Position numbers and translations under genes: made by a program
DNA from: Octopus vulgaris
Taxonomy: Eukaryota
Length of the DNA stretch: 64,000 bases
Assembly: GCA_951406725.2 (NCBI GenBank)
Contig: OX597823.1
Coordinates: 20,584,001-20,648,000 of the forward strand
Direction of reading: 5' to 3'
The notes under the pieces: model-generated
What the model was told of the DNA's origin: nothing
The model's input: the letters and a program-made list of their open reading frames with translations, nothing else
Database searches by the model: none
In this document: positions 29,259 to 42,699 of the stretch, in pieces
Numbering within the stretch: the stretch's first letter is position 1
How the letters are laid out: each line of letters begins with the position of its first letter

Positions 29259-29771
29259 TATACATTAGCGTCGTATTTATTACGTTCGCTATTTTCCAGT
29301 AAATATCGGTACATCGTTGTGCCATATATTTACTTCTATGTATAATTTTCCCTCACGGGCTATTCTTTACTGGAAAGCAATACTCTCGTATTGCATTACT
29401 ATTTTTTTTAAAACTTCTTCACTGTTCTCGTTCTGTCAGCGTTTTGGCGTTTCAGTCGAGTGTATTGGTATTAATGTGGCAACATCTGAAATGTTTTCGG
29501 GTATATGTTGGCTGATGAAGATAAATCAAGTATATGTGTGCAGACATATCTTGAAAAATCTGAAACCGGTCCCACATTATCCATTTCTAGGTATTTCATC
29601 TTTCAGATGTTCTCCTTGGAGGTAAGACAATTTTTTTCAAGTTTGTTGCACACACGCATTTTTGCTAGTACATACGCGGTGAAGCTATACATTAGCGTCG
29701 TATTTATTACGTTCGCTATTTTCCAGTAAATATCGGTACTTCGTTGTGCCATATATTTACTTCTATGTATA
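29259..29771 (+). mobile_element. Hammerhead-bearing element with ~85-bp terminal direct repeats (427-bp period)
   Basis: 29259-29344 repeated at 29686-29771 with one mismatch, followed by (TA)n. Confidence 0.75.
29505..29577 (+). ncRNA. Minimal type I hammerhead ribozyme
   Basis: ATGTTGG-CTGATGA-AGAT/TCAAG/ATATGT...ACATAT/CTTGA/ATCT-GAAAC-CG-GTC^CCACAT; intact core, GUC triplet, palindromic ACCGGT. Confidence 0.75.
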
Positions 29772-29789
29772 TATATATACATATATATG

Positions 29790-29831
<42 letters not shown>

Positions 29832-31437
29832 CATGTATCTATGTATGTATGTGTGCGTATGTGTATGCTTGTGTATGTGTGTGTGTACATGTGTGTGTAT
29901 GTGTGAGTATACGTTCAAATATGTGTATATTTATGCGTATGAGTGACTGTACATTCATTGCATATATATGCATACACACTCACACACATATACAGCGATA
30001 TACTCATAAACACACATATTCACATATGTACATACATATATGATTATGCGTATATTTTTTATGCTACTACAAAAGGATAAGAAATTTAAAGAATATTCGG
30101 TAAATTTCGAATGACCTCCTTTGTCACATTTGTTCTGTACTATTTTACAAGCACCATTTTCCTCCCTACTGTTAGAAATACACTATGTTGGTTTTTAACT
30201 TATTTCAAATCTGAAACCAACACCCTGGTACTCGCGACGCGTGATAGAAAATGGAAACTACAATTTTTCAGGGTATTACAGCACTTTGCAGTCTATTTTC
30301 TCGTTACTTATCGACAGAACACTCAAATTTACATATTGTAATTAAACCAGAGTGTCATAAGTGACATACAGGAATTGTTTGGGGAGAAGAAAAACTAGAT
30401 GGGTGACAAGTGATTCAAATCCACTCGTCAGCACTGAGATGTGTCTGTATTAAACAAACTTAACTTTCTAAGATTGAGTCTGTACACTTTTAAGAAGACA
30501 GCGTAAGTAAAAATTTGCATGCCATGTGACTCACCTATGTAAATAGAAGCCGCTTTACAACGGAACTGACAATTGATTCATTAACTTTCAGTGGTGAATC
30601 AAATTCCTGCTGCGGGAAAGTAACTGGATATTCAGAAATGTCTCCTGCGTGAGAATATTTATCTTTCGCCAGCTAAATTTCACAGAAAACTTGAGAAAGG
30701 CAAAGGCTCCATGAAACCGTAGCATTAAGAACAATTTTCAACAATACTTTATTAAAAGAACAGCTTCCATTATTTACATGTTTTCTATGATCATAAATCA
30801 GAAGACATAAATAGAACACACGGTCTTGTTTTGAGTTGGAAACGACCGAACCTTTGCATGTACTTCGCATGGCAATGAGTATTTAATGTTTGACACATTG
30901 GCTTTTGCTTTAGCGACCAATCAAATCACGATACCCTGTTCACTGTTCAAAATTCTATGGGATTGCTAATTTTCTTTCGTTAACACATTGAAATTTTGCA
31001 TCTCCAATACCATAGATTACAACAAGTCAAAACGACAAGCTGTTACAATTCAATGAGTTTCATTTTCTAACAAAGGATTCATGTTGTGCTTCTTCATTCA
31101 AGGAGTACATTTTACCACCTTGTGCAAACAACATTTTATGTATCTCCTTTATATGCACGTTCGGACTGAGGACAAATTATTGCAACAGTTTTAGGTTCAA
31201 AGTCGCACAACATGGAGTTGGGTAGACGTTTTCAAGACACAACTTGAATATCTGCTATCCAAGATCACAGACGAACTTAGACCATGGCAAGAAGCACAAT
31301 AGAAGCCAGCAATATCAAACGCCCTCTTTCATCAAAAGTCATTCACAACAGCATTGCCATTGACAAGGTCATAAAACTGACAGTGCTTCACCATGACCGC
31401 AGATTTTGGGTTGAAACGCATAAAAGAAAAAGGTGTG

Positions 31438-31496
<59 letters not shown>

Positions 31497-31503
31497 ATAT
31501 ACA

Positions 31504-32294
31504 TTAGGTTGTCAAGAAAGTTCTTGCCGTGTTTAACCTTTAAATTGAGATGCACATATCTCGGCTCAAATAAAACATTTATTAATCGAAACAAACACCA
31601 TCAGAATCAACACACTTTTGCCAACGCGAAACAAGTAGTGTAAAAATCCTGCGTTCTGGTGGCAATAAAGTCATTGAAAGCATGTTTGGCATCCTGTTGG
31701 TTTTTGAAGCATTTCTCACGTAGGAAGTTGTCGAGATGCTTGAAAAAGTGGTAGTCGGTAGGCGAGAGATCTGGTGAGTATGGCGGATGACGCAGTTTCG
31801 TAGCCCAATTCGTTCAACTTCTGCAAGGTCAGTTATGCGACGTGCGACCGAGCCTTGTCGTGGAGAAGAATTGGTCCTTTTCTATTGACCAGTGATGGCT
31901 GTTGTCGGAGTTTCTTATGCATTTAATCCATTTGCTGAGAGTACTTCTCCGCCGTAATTGTTTCGCCTGGATCCAAAAAGCTGTGATAGATGACACCGAC
32001 CGCAGACCACCAACAGTCACCATGACCTTCTTTTGCTGCAACTTTGGCTTCGGAAAGTGCTGTGGAGCTTCGTCGGCGTCCAATCACTGAGCTGAGCATC
32101 GCTGGTTGTCGTAAAGAATCCACTTTTCATTGCAAGTCACAATCCGGTCGAGAAATAGGTCGTTCTTGTTGCGTAATAGAAGGGAAGACGACATTCCAGA
32201 ACGACGTTTTTGTTTTTGGTTGTCGTTCAATTCGTGCGGCACCCATTTCTCAAGTATTTTTGTTTTTCCAATCGCTCTCAAGTGGTTAGAAATT
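31504..32294 (-). pseudogene. Mariner (DD34D, Hsmar1/SETMAR-like) transposase pseudogene, 5'-truncated, 3' TIR retained
   Basis: KWVPHEL, IVTCNEKWILYDN, HPPYSPDLSPTDYHFFKHL; TIR-like TTAGGTTGTC at 31504; frameshifts. Confidence 0.92.
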
Positions 32295-32745
32295 ATTGTA
32301 TGCGTTACGTCTAATTCACAAGCAATTTATATCTCTTTCCTTACAAATGCCCTGAAAGCTTCTCACAGCTTCGGATTTGTTATTTCATTCTGTCTACTAT
32401 ATATATGCATTAAACTCCTCACACGCATCACTATCGGACCAAGAATTCAACTACTGTCTGTCCATAGCGCTTACATAGTGTTACCTGCCACTCTTTGGAT
32501 CTTCTAGATACCAATACCTTAAATATATATATGTAGTAGAATAATAAAAAAAGTTTTTGGTACAGTATAATATATTTGAAAAAATTAGTAGAGATAGCTT
32601 TTGTGGGATAATTTTTATTTTGATGATAATGTTTACAGTTACTCTAATGAGTTTCGATCTTTTAGAAAGCCGTTTTCTAACTGAAATTCTGTTCCGTTCA
32701 TTGTATCAGATGGGACTCTCGTCGTCGCAACCGACGGAGTGCTCC

Positions 32746-32857
<112 letters not shown>

Positions 32858-32892
32858 GTGTGTGTATGTGTGTGTACATAAATATATATATA

Positions 32893-33148
32893 TCACCGTG
32901 ACCAACCAGGCTATCAGATGTTGCTACACATCGCGGGACACAATGCGCTTCGCATTGTTTTAGCCTTCAAATGACGCCACCCCGCTGGCTAAGCGAGAAG
33001 GCCAGCAGGGATAGCCTCCCCAGCCGGAGCCTCGTGGAGCTGTAGGCGTTTTCGCTCAATAAACACTCACAACGCCCGGTCTGGAAATCGAAACCGCGAT
33101 CCTACGACCGCGATTCCGCTGCCCTAACGACTAGGCCATTGCGCCACC
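32893..33148 (-). mobile_element. SINE family C, short-tail form
   Basis: Same head as 8309-8690; tail shared with 59285-59588. Confidence 0.88.
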
Positions 33149-33170
33149 ACACACACACACACACACACAC

Positions 33171-33250
<80 letters not shown>

Positions 33251-33447
33251 TAATACTAAGTAATTAAGGGTTTAGCAACGAATTGCCTCACCAACACACC
33301 GAATTTAGAAATAGCAGTCAAAGAGATATAGCTATTCCTTCTACTAAAAGGGGGATCTCAGTAAAAACACAGCACTTGAAAGGCAAACACAGACAGGTAA
33401 GAAAGAAAGAATGAAATGACGGCAATCTATCATACAATTTTAAGTTA

Positions 33448-33539
33448 CCTACGGACGTACGTTTCGAAATCAAGGTTTAGGAGAGCATAAGAATTAGAAA
33501 ATTCTACTTTACCCAAACTTCTTTTCTCATCGGCGCAGG
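33448..33539 (-). ncRNA. Type I hammerhead ribozyme motif (CCGAUGA variant) in a TA-embedded element (~33250-33650)
   Basis: Minus: CCTGCG-CCGATGA-GAAA...TTTC-GAAAC-GTAC-GTC^CGTAGG; 6-bp stem I, extended stem II, palindromic ACGTACGT. Confidence 0.7.
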
Positions 33540-33649
33540 ATACTACAATTATGAATAATTGTATATTAAATTTTACATGCCGAAATCTACTTGGTGTAAT
33601 TGATAATTATTCCAAATTAATTAATTTCACCCTTTATTATTACTGATAA

Positions 33650-33700
<51 letters not shown>

Positions 33701-34097
33701 TTTGTATAAACTATCCACAAGAGACAGTACCCAAATCTCATTAAATGGAATATTAACATTTTAAAAAAGAAGAACGACACTTTGGAAAATATTCAGCATT
33801 GTATATATACAACTGCAGGAAGGTGACGGCCGGAACGCCACTGATTGCAGCTCTGTTCAAAAAGTGCCTATCTGGAGACAAATTCAGCAACTTATAGCTC
33901 CATATGTGAGCATAGTTTCTAGCTTCCATTTTGTTATACATTTAGGGTGAGTTACGATTGTAAATAGGCCATTATTTTTCATTTGCTTGCTTCTGTTAGT
34001 TGACATTCCCCATGCGGTTGTTCGGTCGCTCCACTTAATTGGCTGTGAAATATATTAAAGTGAATCATTGTGCTATCTTCCACCTCTATGCATTCGA

Positions 34098-34138
<41 letters not shown>

Positions 34139-34254
34139 TGTGCGTGTGTCTGTGTGTCTTTGTATGCGCGTGTCCATGAGTGCGTTTGCATTTCTCTCTT
34201 TATGTGCATAGATAAAGATGTACACACACATACACGCACGCACACACATATATG

Positions 34255-34258
34255 TCTG

Positions 34259-34353
<95 letters not shown>

Positions 34354-34410
34354 ATCTATCTATCTATCTGTCTATCTATCTGTCTGTCTATCTATCTATC
34401 TATTTATCTA

Positions 34411-34450
<40 letters not shown>
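34255..34450. repeat. (TATC)n/(TGTC)n microsatellite
   Basis: Directly visible. Confidence 0.97.
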
Positions 34451-34451
<1 letters not shown>

Positions 34452-36100
34452 GTCTCTACCTACTTCTCTAGAGATACACACACATACAGATATGCTCGCC
34501 TTTATATTTGCTAACCAACCTTTTAGTTATCTATTTGTCCCTTTGTCTATCAATGCTTGTGTCTCTCTATTCATTTCTCACTCTTCTTATGTGCGCATGA
34601 ACAATTATATGTACGTTGGTACCTATGTATGTATGTTTCTATGCATCTATCTATCTATCCACCTATCTAAACTATCTACGTACCTGTATGTCTGTCAGTC
34701 TTGCTATCCACTTAGCTATCTAAGTGTCAATCAATCACATTATTTATCCTCTTATTCCTCTCTCTACAAATCTCTGTGTATCTATCTGCATATCAATTTG
34801 ACTATATCCGTTTTAAAAGCTTACTTACAATATATACGCCATTGTTTCAGGCTAGAATGTTTCCATTCCTCAATCGATTTGGCACTAATATATAATGTTA
34901 CCATTATAAGTTCTGTGATAAATGCATTGTTTCGGGTGCAGAAACATTCACCGAGATTCTGGCGCTGGAGGAGTAGAGGGAATAACCGGGGAAGAGTAAA
35001 ATAAATAAACACACAATAATAAAAATGAAATAAAAGGCCCAAAATAAGTGTACATAAATTGCAACAACGTTCGACAAATGTAAAAGAAAAGAAAATGAAA
35101 AATTAAAGAAAAGTAGAAAAATTTATTTCCAGAAGAACCATGTATGACAAAATAATGGATGGCGTTGCAGTAAATTGCCTACCAAGTGGGACGTTTTCTG
35201 CGAAAGGTTATGCTATCAGTGAAATACATTGGGAAAACATTTGAAGAGGAAGTTCAGTATTGAAAGGTGACCGTATAACGTGATTATCTAGCACGAAACA
35301 AAAATATTAAAGTGTTTTAGGCATAACATAATAAACAAATAACGCCTGTAAAGCATAGTCACGTTGGAAATGAACGTGAAGAAACCATAGAGATCACGCA
35401 CGTAGCGACAAACACGCGTTCAGACACACGCTCACGCGAATATGTATAACATATCTACACATAGGTGATTGACCTCTGAGTCACACGCACACAAAGATAC
35501 ATAGACACACAGACACATTTATATATAAATTTAGATACAAATATACGTTGGTGTGTATCCATGTATGTATGTATGTATGCATGCATATATGTATGTGTGT
35601 GTAGAAATTATACAAGCACACAGGTCATTGATCTCTGTCCAACTATACTTCAGATTATAGATATAGTTGATAAAGCTGGCAGTGTTTTAAAAATCTAGAA
35701 ACACATGTTTTGTCGAACTATTGCTGAAGAAAATTAGTACTGAATTGATGGAATAGAACAAAATGAATATTACAAAATGGTAGCCATATCACGCAGTATA
35801 GCCGTGGAAACAGATTGAATTGTTTTTAGTGGTCAGTTTAGCTTAATGGTAGTGTACTCAACTGGTAGGTGAGGAGTGCGGGTTCTAGTCCGGTGGCTGC
35901 CTGTTAACAACTTTGTTCTATCTTTTAAGGGTATTGATACGCAATATTTCTTCTGTTTTCACATCTATACTGCGTTAGAAATATTAATTTCTTGTCTGTT
36001 ATAATACGATACACACTCGAGATTCTAAAGACGAAATAAAACGTCTGTTCACAAACACACACATATACCTAGTACATACAGACACGTATTTAAATAAGCT

Positions 36101-36153
<53 letters not shown>

Positions 36154-36382
36154 GTTTTATTTATTATTTTGCAACTTTCTTAATCATTGTTATATCTTTT
36201 ATCTTATATTTAATCTTTCTATAAGAAGTAATTTTCTAAATGGTATAATTTAACTTTTCATTATTGAATTGATATAAGGTGTTTTTTTCTAATTTATATA
36301 TATATACATTATATTTTGTGAAATTTGATTTAGTATTTGTAAATTGAATTTTTCCCTGTAAGTTTGGAATAATATTCCCTCA

Positions 36383-36443
<61 letters not shown>

Positions 36444-36465
36444 GTTGTTGTTGTTGTTGTTGTTG

Positions 36466-36533
<68 letters not shown>

Positions 36534-36534
36534 A

Positions 36535-36818
36535 TAATTACATTAAGTGTTGTTACTATAAGTGAAGCCACACGCTGGAAACGGACGTTAAAGTCAAATT
36601 ACTTCTCTTCGACTTCAGCGCGTGTGTATATTTTGTTAAAGTAGTTTGACTTTTGCTTCCCTTCTCAGCGTGCGGCTTTACTTATAGGAACGCACCTTAA
36701 TGTAGTAATGTATTTAAAAAAATTATATACTTTGTATTACTTTTTTTACCTTAATTGGTTTAACACGCTGGCTACTTGCCAAAATTTTATATAGAATTTT
36801 ACCCTTAAATTTAATTGA
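36535..36818. mobile_element. TA-embedded foldback element, internally deleted relative of 59606-59920
   Basis: Shared GTTACTATAAGT...CGACTTCAGCGCGTGTGTATATTTTG...CTTTACTTATAG. Confidence 0.75.
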
Positions 36819-37070
36819 TATATATATATAGAAAGAAAAAGGAATTAAAAATCCTAGCAGCTATCAATAAAACACAGTATTAAAATAATTTAGTTAACTA
36901 TATTCTATAGTAAATGGAAGTATAATACAGATCACAGGTAAGTAATCATGCATGACACATGACAGGTAAATCCAAATAACCTTTAGTAGAATTTCGAGAA
37001 AATTCGAATATTTAACCACAAAAATACACTTATAAAAAAAATTGTTTCTATTGCATTAACACACACATCG

Positions 37071-37134
<64 letters not shown>

Positions 37135-37167
37135 TATTTATATTTATATTTTAATAATTAATGGTAC

Positions 37168-37562
37168 TACAGGCAGTACCAGCATACTAAAATAGCAGTC
37201 AAAGTAACTTAAACCGCAGATTTTCACTTAAGCCCCAAGGTGAAGACGAACAATTGTAGAAAGCCTCTAAGTGCTTATAGCAATAACGAAAATAATCCAA
37301 AATTGAAAACGTCTGCAATACCCATATCACCGTGATTTCGTAGTTTAAGAGAATATCTCGAAGTTCATGCAGATATTTCATGCAGAGTTCGAAATTACGG
37401 TGATACGGGTATGTCTAACTCTTTCAATTTTCGATTATCTTCGTTATTGGTATGCGATCTTAAGTATTTTCTCCATTTGCTTGCCTTCGCTTTTGGGTTA
37501 AAGTGAAAACTTGTCTTTTGAGTAATTTTGACTGCTATTTTAGCATGCTTGTACTGCTTGTA
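37168..37562. mobile_element. Imperfect foldback element
   Basis: TACAGGCAGTACCAGCATACTAAAATAGCAGTCAAA pairs with TTTGACTGCTATTTTAGCATGCTTGTACTGCTTGTA. Confidence 0.8.
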
Positions 37563-37621
37563 TTATCCTTATGTATTAATTGATAATTTTACCGTTATGG
37601 TTTTTACGCATGCTATTATTT

Positions 37622-38005
37622 TGTTCTTTTACTGGTTTCTGTCATTTTGACTGCAACAATGCTAAAGCACCGCCCCTGATCGAGCAAATCGACCCCAGGA
37701 CTTATTCTTTGTAAACCTAGTACTTATTCTATCGGTCTCTTTTGCTGAACCACTTGGTAACGGGGACCTAAACACTCCAGCATCAGTTGTCAAGTGATGT
37801 TGGGGGAAAAACACAGAAACTCAAACTTATACACACACATAGATATATACATACGCGACGGGCTTCTTTCAGTTTACGTCTACCAAATCACTCTCAGAAG
37901 GCACTGGTCGGCCGGAGGCTATAGTAGAAGACACTTGCCCAAGGTGTCACGCAGTGGGACTGAATCGGGAACCATGTGGTTGGTCAGTAAGCTACGTATT
38001 ACACA
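37622..38005 (-). mobile_element. SINE family B
   Basis: Matches other copies. Confidence 0.88.
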
Positions 38006-38056
38006 ATGACACTTGTGACTACGCTACACCTTCGTATGTACACCTTCGTATACATA

Positions 38057-38430
38057 CTAGCAGTATCGCCCGGTGTTGCTCGGGTTTGTAAGGGAAATAA
38101 CTATATAAGCATTTTTAGAGAGTTATAGCCAAAAAATAGCCAAAAAATGCACTAAAAATGAAAAAAAATCGTTGACTCATCGTAGACATTTTTAGAGAGT
38201 TACTTCCCTTATTTAATAGCGAAAAAATGCATTAAAATTGAAAAAAAATGATGGTAAATTTTTTTAAAATCGTAGACTCATCGTAGACGCGCGCTAATAC
38301 CAAAGAAGGGCTCGATATGAATCACGACTATAAGATACCCGGTTTTGGTTAAACTGCACCGCAAAATGTGGGAGTATTTAGGAATCTAAATCGTAGGAGA
38401 CAGACACACAACTTGACTTTTATATATAAA

Positions 38431-38432
<2 letters not shown>
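38057..38432 (-). mobile_element. Non-autonomous Helitron
   Basis: Minus strand starts 5'-TC, ends CTAG-3' between A and T; subterminal hairpin CCCGAGCAACACCGGG; second copy at 48049-48436. Confidence 0.85.
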
Positions 38433-38492
<60 letters not shown>

Positions 38493-40001
38493 GGGAGACA
38501 GAGAGGGAGAAAGAAAAAAGAAAGAGTATCACTAAAATTAATATAAATATTTCCCAAAATATATGTTAGCACAACGTTATCAAAGTGATTCAAAATTAGT
38601 AAATTTCGAATTGAACATCTGAAATACAGTACAGAAACGCCAAGAAGAAAAAGAAGAGTTAAAGGTAATTGAATTTAAGATATTGCTGTGTTCAACTAAT
38701 GGCGACCTCAGTGAATAAAAAAAATTATAAAAATAAACGACGTATTTAAGAAGCGTCATTTTTGTATTCAACTTTCTGTGACATCAGTGGATAACGAAAT
38801 AATAATAATAATAAAAAACGAGCGCGTAGAAATTCTATATTATGACAGTTATAAATTGAGAAATATAATCTTAAAAAGGCTATTTTTGTATTCAACTATT
38901 GGTGGCATCAGTGGATAATTCAAGAAAAATTAAACACAAGAATTCTACGTTATAATTTGAAACAAAGATTTCGCGTGACAAAAATTAGTTATGTATTTAT
39001 CAAATGCATTAAACATTTTGAAATTAATCCTATTATATAATATATGAAAATTAATAATTGCAATATTTGAATGTATTTCGAAATTTATGGCAGTTTTTAT
39101 TGTAAAGTTTCCATTAAAATTCAATAAGATTAATTTAGAAGTAGTTATATAATACATTTCTTCTCGGCAAAGTTCACATATTTTATGATAGTGCATAACT
39201 AATAATGGATCCCTCTAAATCATACTTAATGTTCCTATCTTTTAAATCACCAATGCATTTATTAAAATTTGTAGAACTACTTTCTCTTCCATACTTGAAT
39301 GAATGAGAGTGATAATGAAATCTAGATCTCCAAAATGTAGATGTACTAATGTAATAATGCGATCGCCAGTTATTGCCTTACACTGATAGATTATATTTTT
39401 TCTTTAACACTGATTTCGAGAGCGCATACATCTTTGCACAAGCATTTATTCACTTGCATTTGGTACTCATAGTTAAAAGAATTTCTAATACAAAAGCATT
39501 AGTGAGGGGTTATCAATCCGGGAAAATACTTTATCTCTCTACACTCTGTTAGTAAACGCAGCTAACAATATTGTTTAGATTAGTAAAGAACTCCGCATAT
39601 TGTGGTTGCAGCCTCGGAGGTTATAGTTCGTCGCTGATCTATATCGTAAGCCCATCGTTGTTTTCCAGTTATACTAGCTTTTAGACAGGGATATACAATC
39701 AAGGCTTAAATAATGGTCATTACAAAATCTTGCTTATTTTAGTAGAGTTAACTAACTGCTGTTTCCAGCAGTCATTTTCGGTTCGTTATTGATAGGTTTA
39801 CTCAATCGGCCAATCGAAATTCGTCGAAAGTTTAAACTTTTGTTATTGTCGACTTCTGTGAAATTTATTAAATATTGGAATTTGTTGAACATTTGATGTT
39901 TGAAAATATTTCTCTGAATATAATTTTGTACATCCAACTCCTACTCTCAGCCTTTTTAATTACCATTGTAAGACAACAACAAAAAAATTGACTCCCATTT
40001 C

Positions 40002-40079
40002 TCAAACGTTGGATGCCCCTGTAGAGGTTCTTCTTATTTTCATGGAAGACGCGAGAACATTTTGGTTGGTCATTATTTC
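40002..40079 (-). CDS. Probable terminal coding exon of an unidentified host gene (phase 0: EIMTNQNVLASSMKIRRTSTGASNV*)
   Basis: Strong acceptor TTTTTTCCCCCCGTTTTGCTTTCATTTCAG; peptide ends in a PDZ-ligand-like SNV; followed by about 1.5 kb of repeat-free AT-rich DNA with AATAAA signals; phase is inferred. Confidence 0.5.
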   Translation of the reverse strand, partial: EIMTNQNVLASSMKIRRTSTGASNV

Positions 40080-40174
40080 CTGAAATGAAAGCAAAACGGG
40101 GGGAAAAAAAGACAATTCTCCGAGTACGATATTGATGATTAATGCTAATACAATACTTCTCCTTTTGTTGATAT

Positions 40175-40458
40175 ACAGGAGTGGCTTTGTAGTAAGTAGG
40201 TTACTTATCTATCACATGGTTCCGGGTTCATTCCCACTGTATGGCACCTTGGGCAAGCGTCTTCTACTATAGGCTCGGGCCGACCAAAGCCTTGTGAGTG
40301 GATTTGGTAGACGGAAAGTGAAAGAGGCCCGTCGTATATAGGAATATATATATATATATATATGTCACATGCGGTCACTTTCAAAATGTGACCGCATGTG
40401 TACCGTTGACGATTTTTTCCTGTCTTCCCTTTTTCCGTATGTGCTTTCATGTTTGGAT

Positions 40459-40527
<69 letters not shown>

Positions 40528-40720
40528 GTGTATATGTTTGTGTGTCTGTGTTTGTCCCCCCCCACATCGCTTGACAAGCGATGCTGGTGTGTTTACGTCC
40601 CCGTAACTTAGCGGTTCTGCAAAAGCGATCGATAGAATAAGTCCTGGGGGCGATTTGCTCGACTAAACGCGGTGCACCAGCATGGCCGCAGTCAAATGAC
40701 TGACACAAGTAAAAGAGTAT
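40175..40720 (+). mobile_element. SINE family B with nested insert at 40363-40463
   Basis: Matches family B; the insert sits in the internal (TA)n. Confidence 0.9.
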
Positions 40721-41209
40721 TAGCGTATACTTACACAATCACATATGCCCTCCCCTATATTGACGCATACTTATGTAATGGCATCGTTTTGGCATGCAAA
40801 GATCATTAACAGACTTCCATTTTGACATCTTTCACTCTCCCTGACCCCAAGAATTTAAAGACTTTATTTTGTGCAGTTTTTGAAATAACTTTAATTTTGT
40901 AAAAAAAAAAAGCATTAAAATGTTGCGTATGATCCGCTGTACCACGTGGAATTGAAATATGGGCATTATCAAGCCAGTATCTAGGCCATTGGTTTGGGCA
41001 TATGGGAGACTGTTGAGAATAGCATGACAGATCATTAAACCAATAATGAAATGCTGAAAAATGGTAAAACCTAAAGGAATTTTATTAGGTGACATCAAAA
41101 AGTAAAAACTAAAATATATTGGACCTTCAATTAGCAATAATGGATTACAGAGACTACTAATAGAAGTTAAAATGATTGGGAAGAGAAGATGAAATAAATA
41201 AATAAATAA

Positions 41210-41253
<44 letters not shown>

Positions 41254-41629
41254 GGAATTACGTGGATGGAAAGGATAAAAAGACTTAAATAGAAAAATAT
41301 TATAACGACAGTATTAGAAAGACACAGATGGAAATCCATGGTGTATAACCTGCTGAGGGCAGTCAATATATGGTAGTATTGGTGGTGGTGGTGATGATGA
41401 TGATGATGATGATGAGGATGAGGATGAGGATGGTGACTGTCTGGGGAATGGCACGGACGGATATAATGGCCTATTATTCATTGCGACATTATTAGAGCAA
41501 CATTATACTCTTTCTCCTCACCTTCCTCCTCTTGCTCCTCTTCCCCTCCTCCTCTTCCACCCTTCTTCCCTCTTCCTCCTCTTCCTCCTTATTCCCCCTC
41601 TTTCTCCTCCTCCCCCTCTACAACAAAAA

Positions 41630-41630
41630 T

Positions 41631-41682
<52 letters not shown>

Positions 41683-41714
41683 ACTGCTGCTGTTGCTGCT
41701 GCTACTACTGCTGT

Positions 41715-41766
<52 letters not shown>

Positions 41767-41788
41767 GCTACTACTGCTACTACTACTG

Positions 41789-41820
<32 letters not shown>
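41630..41820. repeat. (CTA)n/(CTG)n trinucleotide repeat
   Basis: Directly visible. Confidence 0.97.
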
Positions 41821-41821
<1 letters not shown>

Positions 41822-42245
41822 AGTTTATCTGGTACTTAGTGCATTTACTAATACATTTTTGGGTTGTCAGTAAAGACATGATTTTAACAAAGATGGAAAA
41901 TGCGAAATACTTATAGCATTGATGTTTCCGTTGTAGTTACAAGGGTTGTTATAATTTATGTTTTGGTCGCTTTTGGTAGCTGTTTATTTGTTGTTTTTGA
42001 TGTTGCTGGTGGTGGTGGTTGTGGTGATAATTCTGCTTTAGTTATCCAGGCTAGGATCAAGATTTAGCGCTGAATGTTTTCCGTCTTAATGTCGTGTCTA
42101 CATATAACCTTGGGCTTAAAAATGTTGTTATTCTATTTCTGTGCATGTGTCATTTCTAGTTGATTGATCAATGGGTTGTCGGAGACTTCTCTACTTTTGT
42201 TTTAACATTCTGTAGACGGCCGACCTGGAACCTTTGAAAGAAAGA

Positions 42246-42459
42246 TTCTCTTTACTTGATTCAGTCATTTTGACTGTGGCCATGCTGGAGCACCGCCTGT
42301 AGTCGAGCAAATCGACCCCAGGACTTATTCCTTCTAAGCCTAGTACTTATTATCTCGGTCTCTTTTGCCGAACCTGCTAAGTAACGGGGACGTAAACACA
42401 CCAGCATTGGTTGTCAAACGATGTTGGGGGGACAAACACAGACACACAAACTTATACAT

Positions 42460-42521
<62 letters not shown>

Positions 42522-42655
42522 GACGGGCGTCTACCAAATCCTACCAAATCCACTCACAAGGCTTTGGTCGATCCGAAGTTATAGTAGAAGACACTTGTTC
42601 AAGGTGCCACGCTGTGGCACTGAACCCGGAACCATGTGGTTCGTAAGCAAGCTTC
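42246..42655 (-). mobile_element. SINE family B
   Basis: Matches other copies. Confidence 0.9.
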
Positions 42656-42699
42656 TTTGCATAGATAACTAGATAATTTTTAAAAGACTCAGGAAATGG

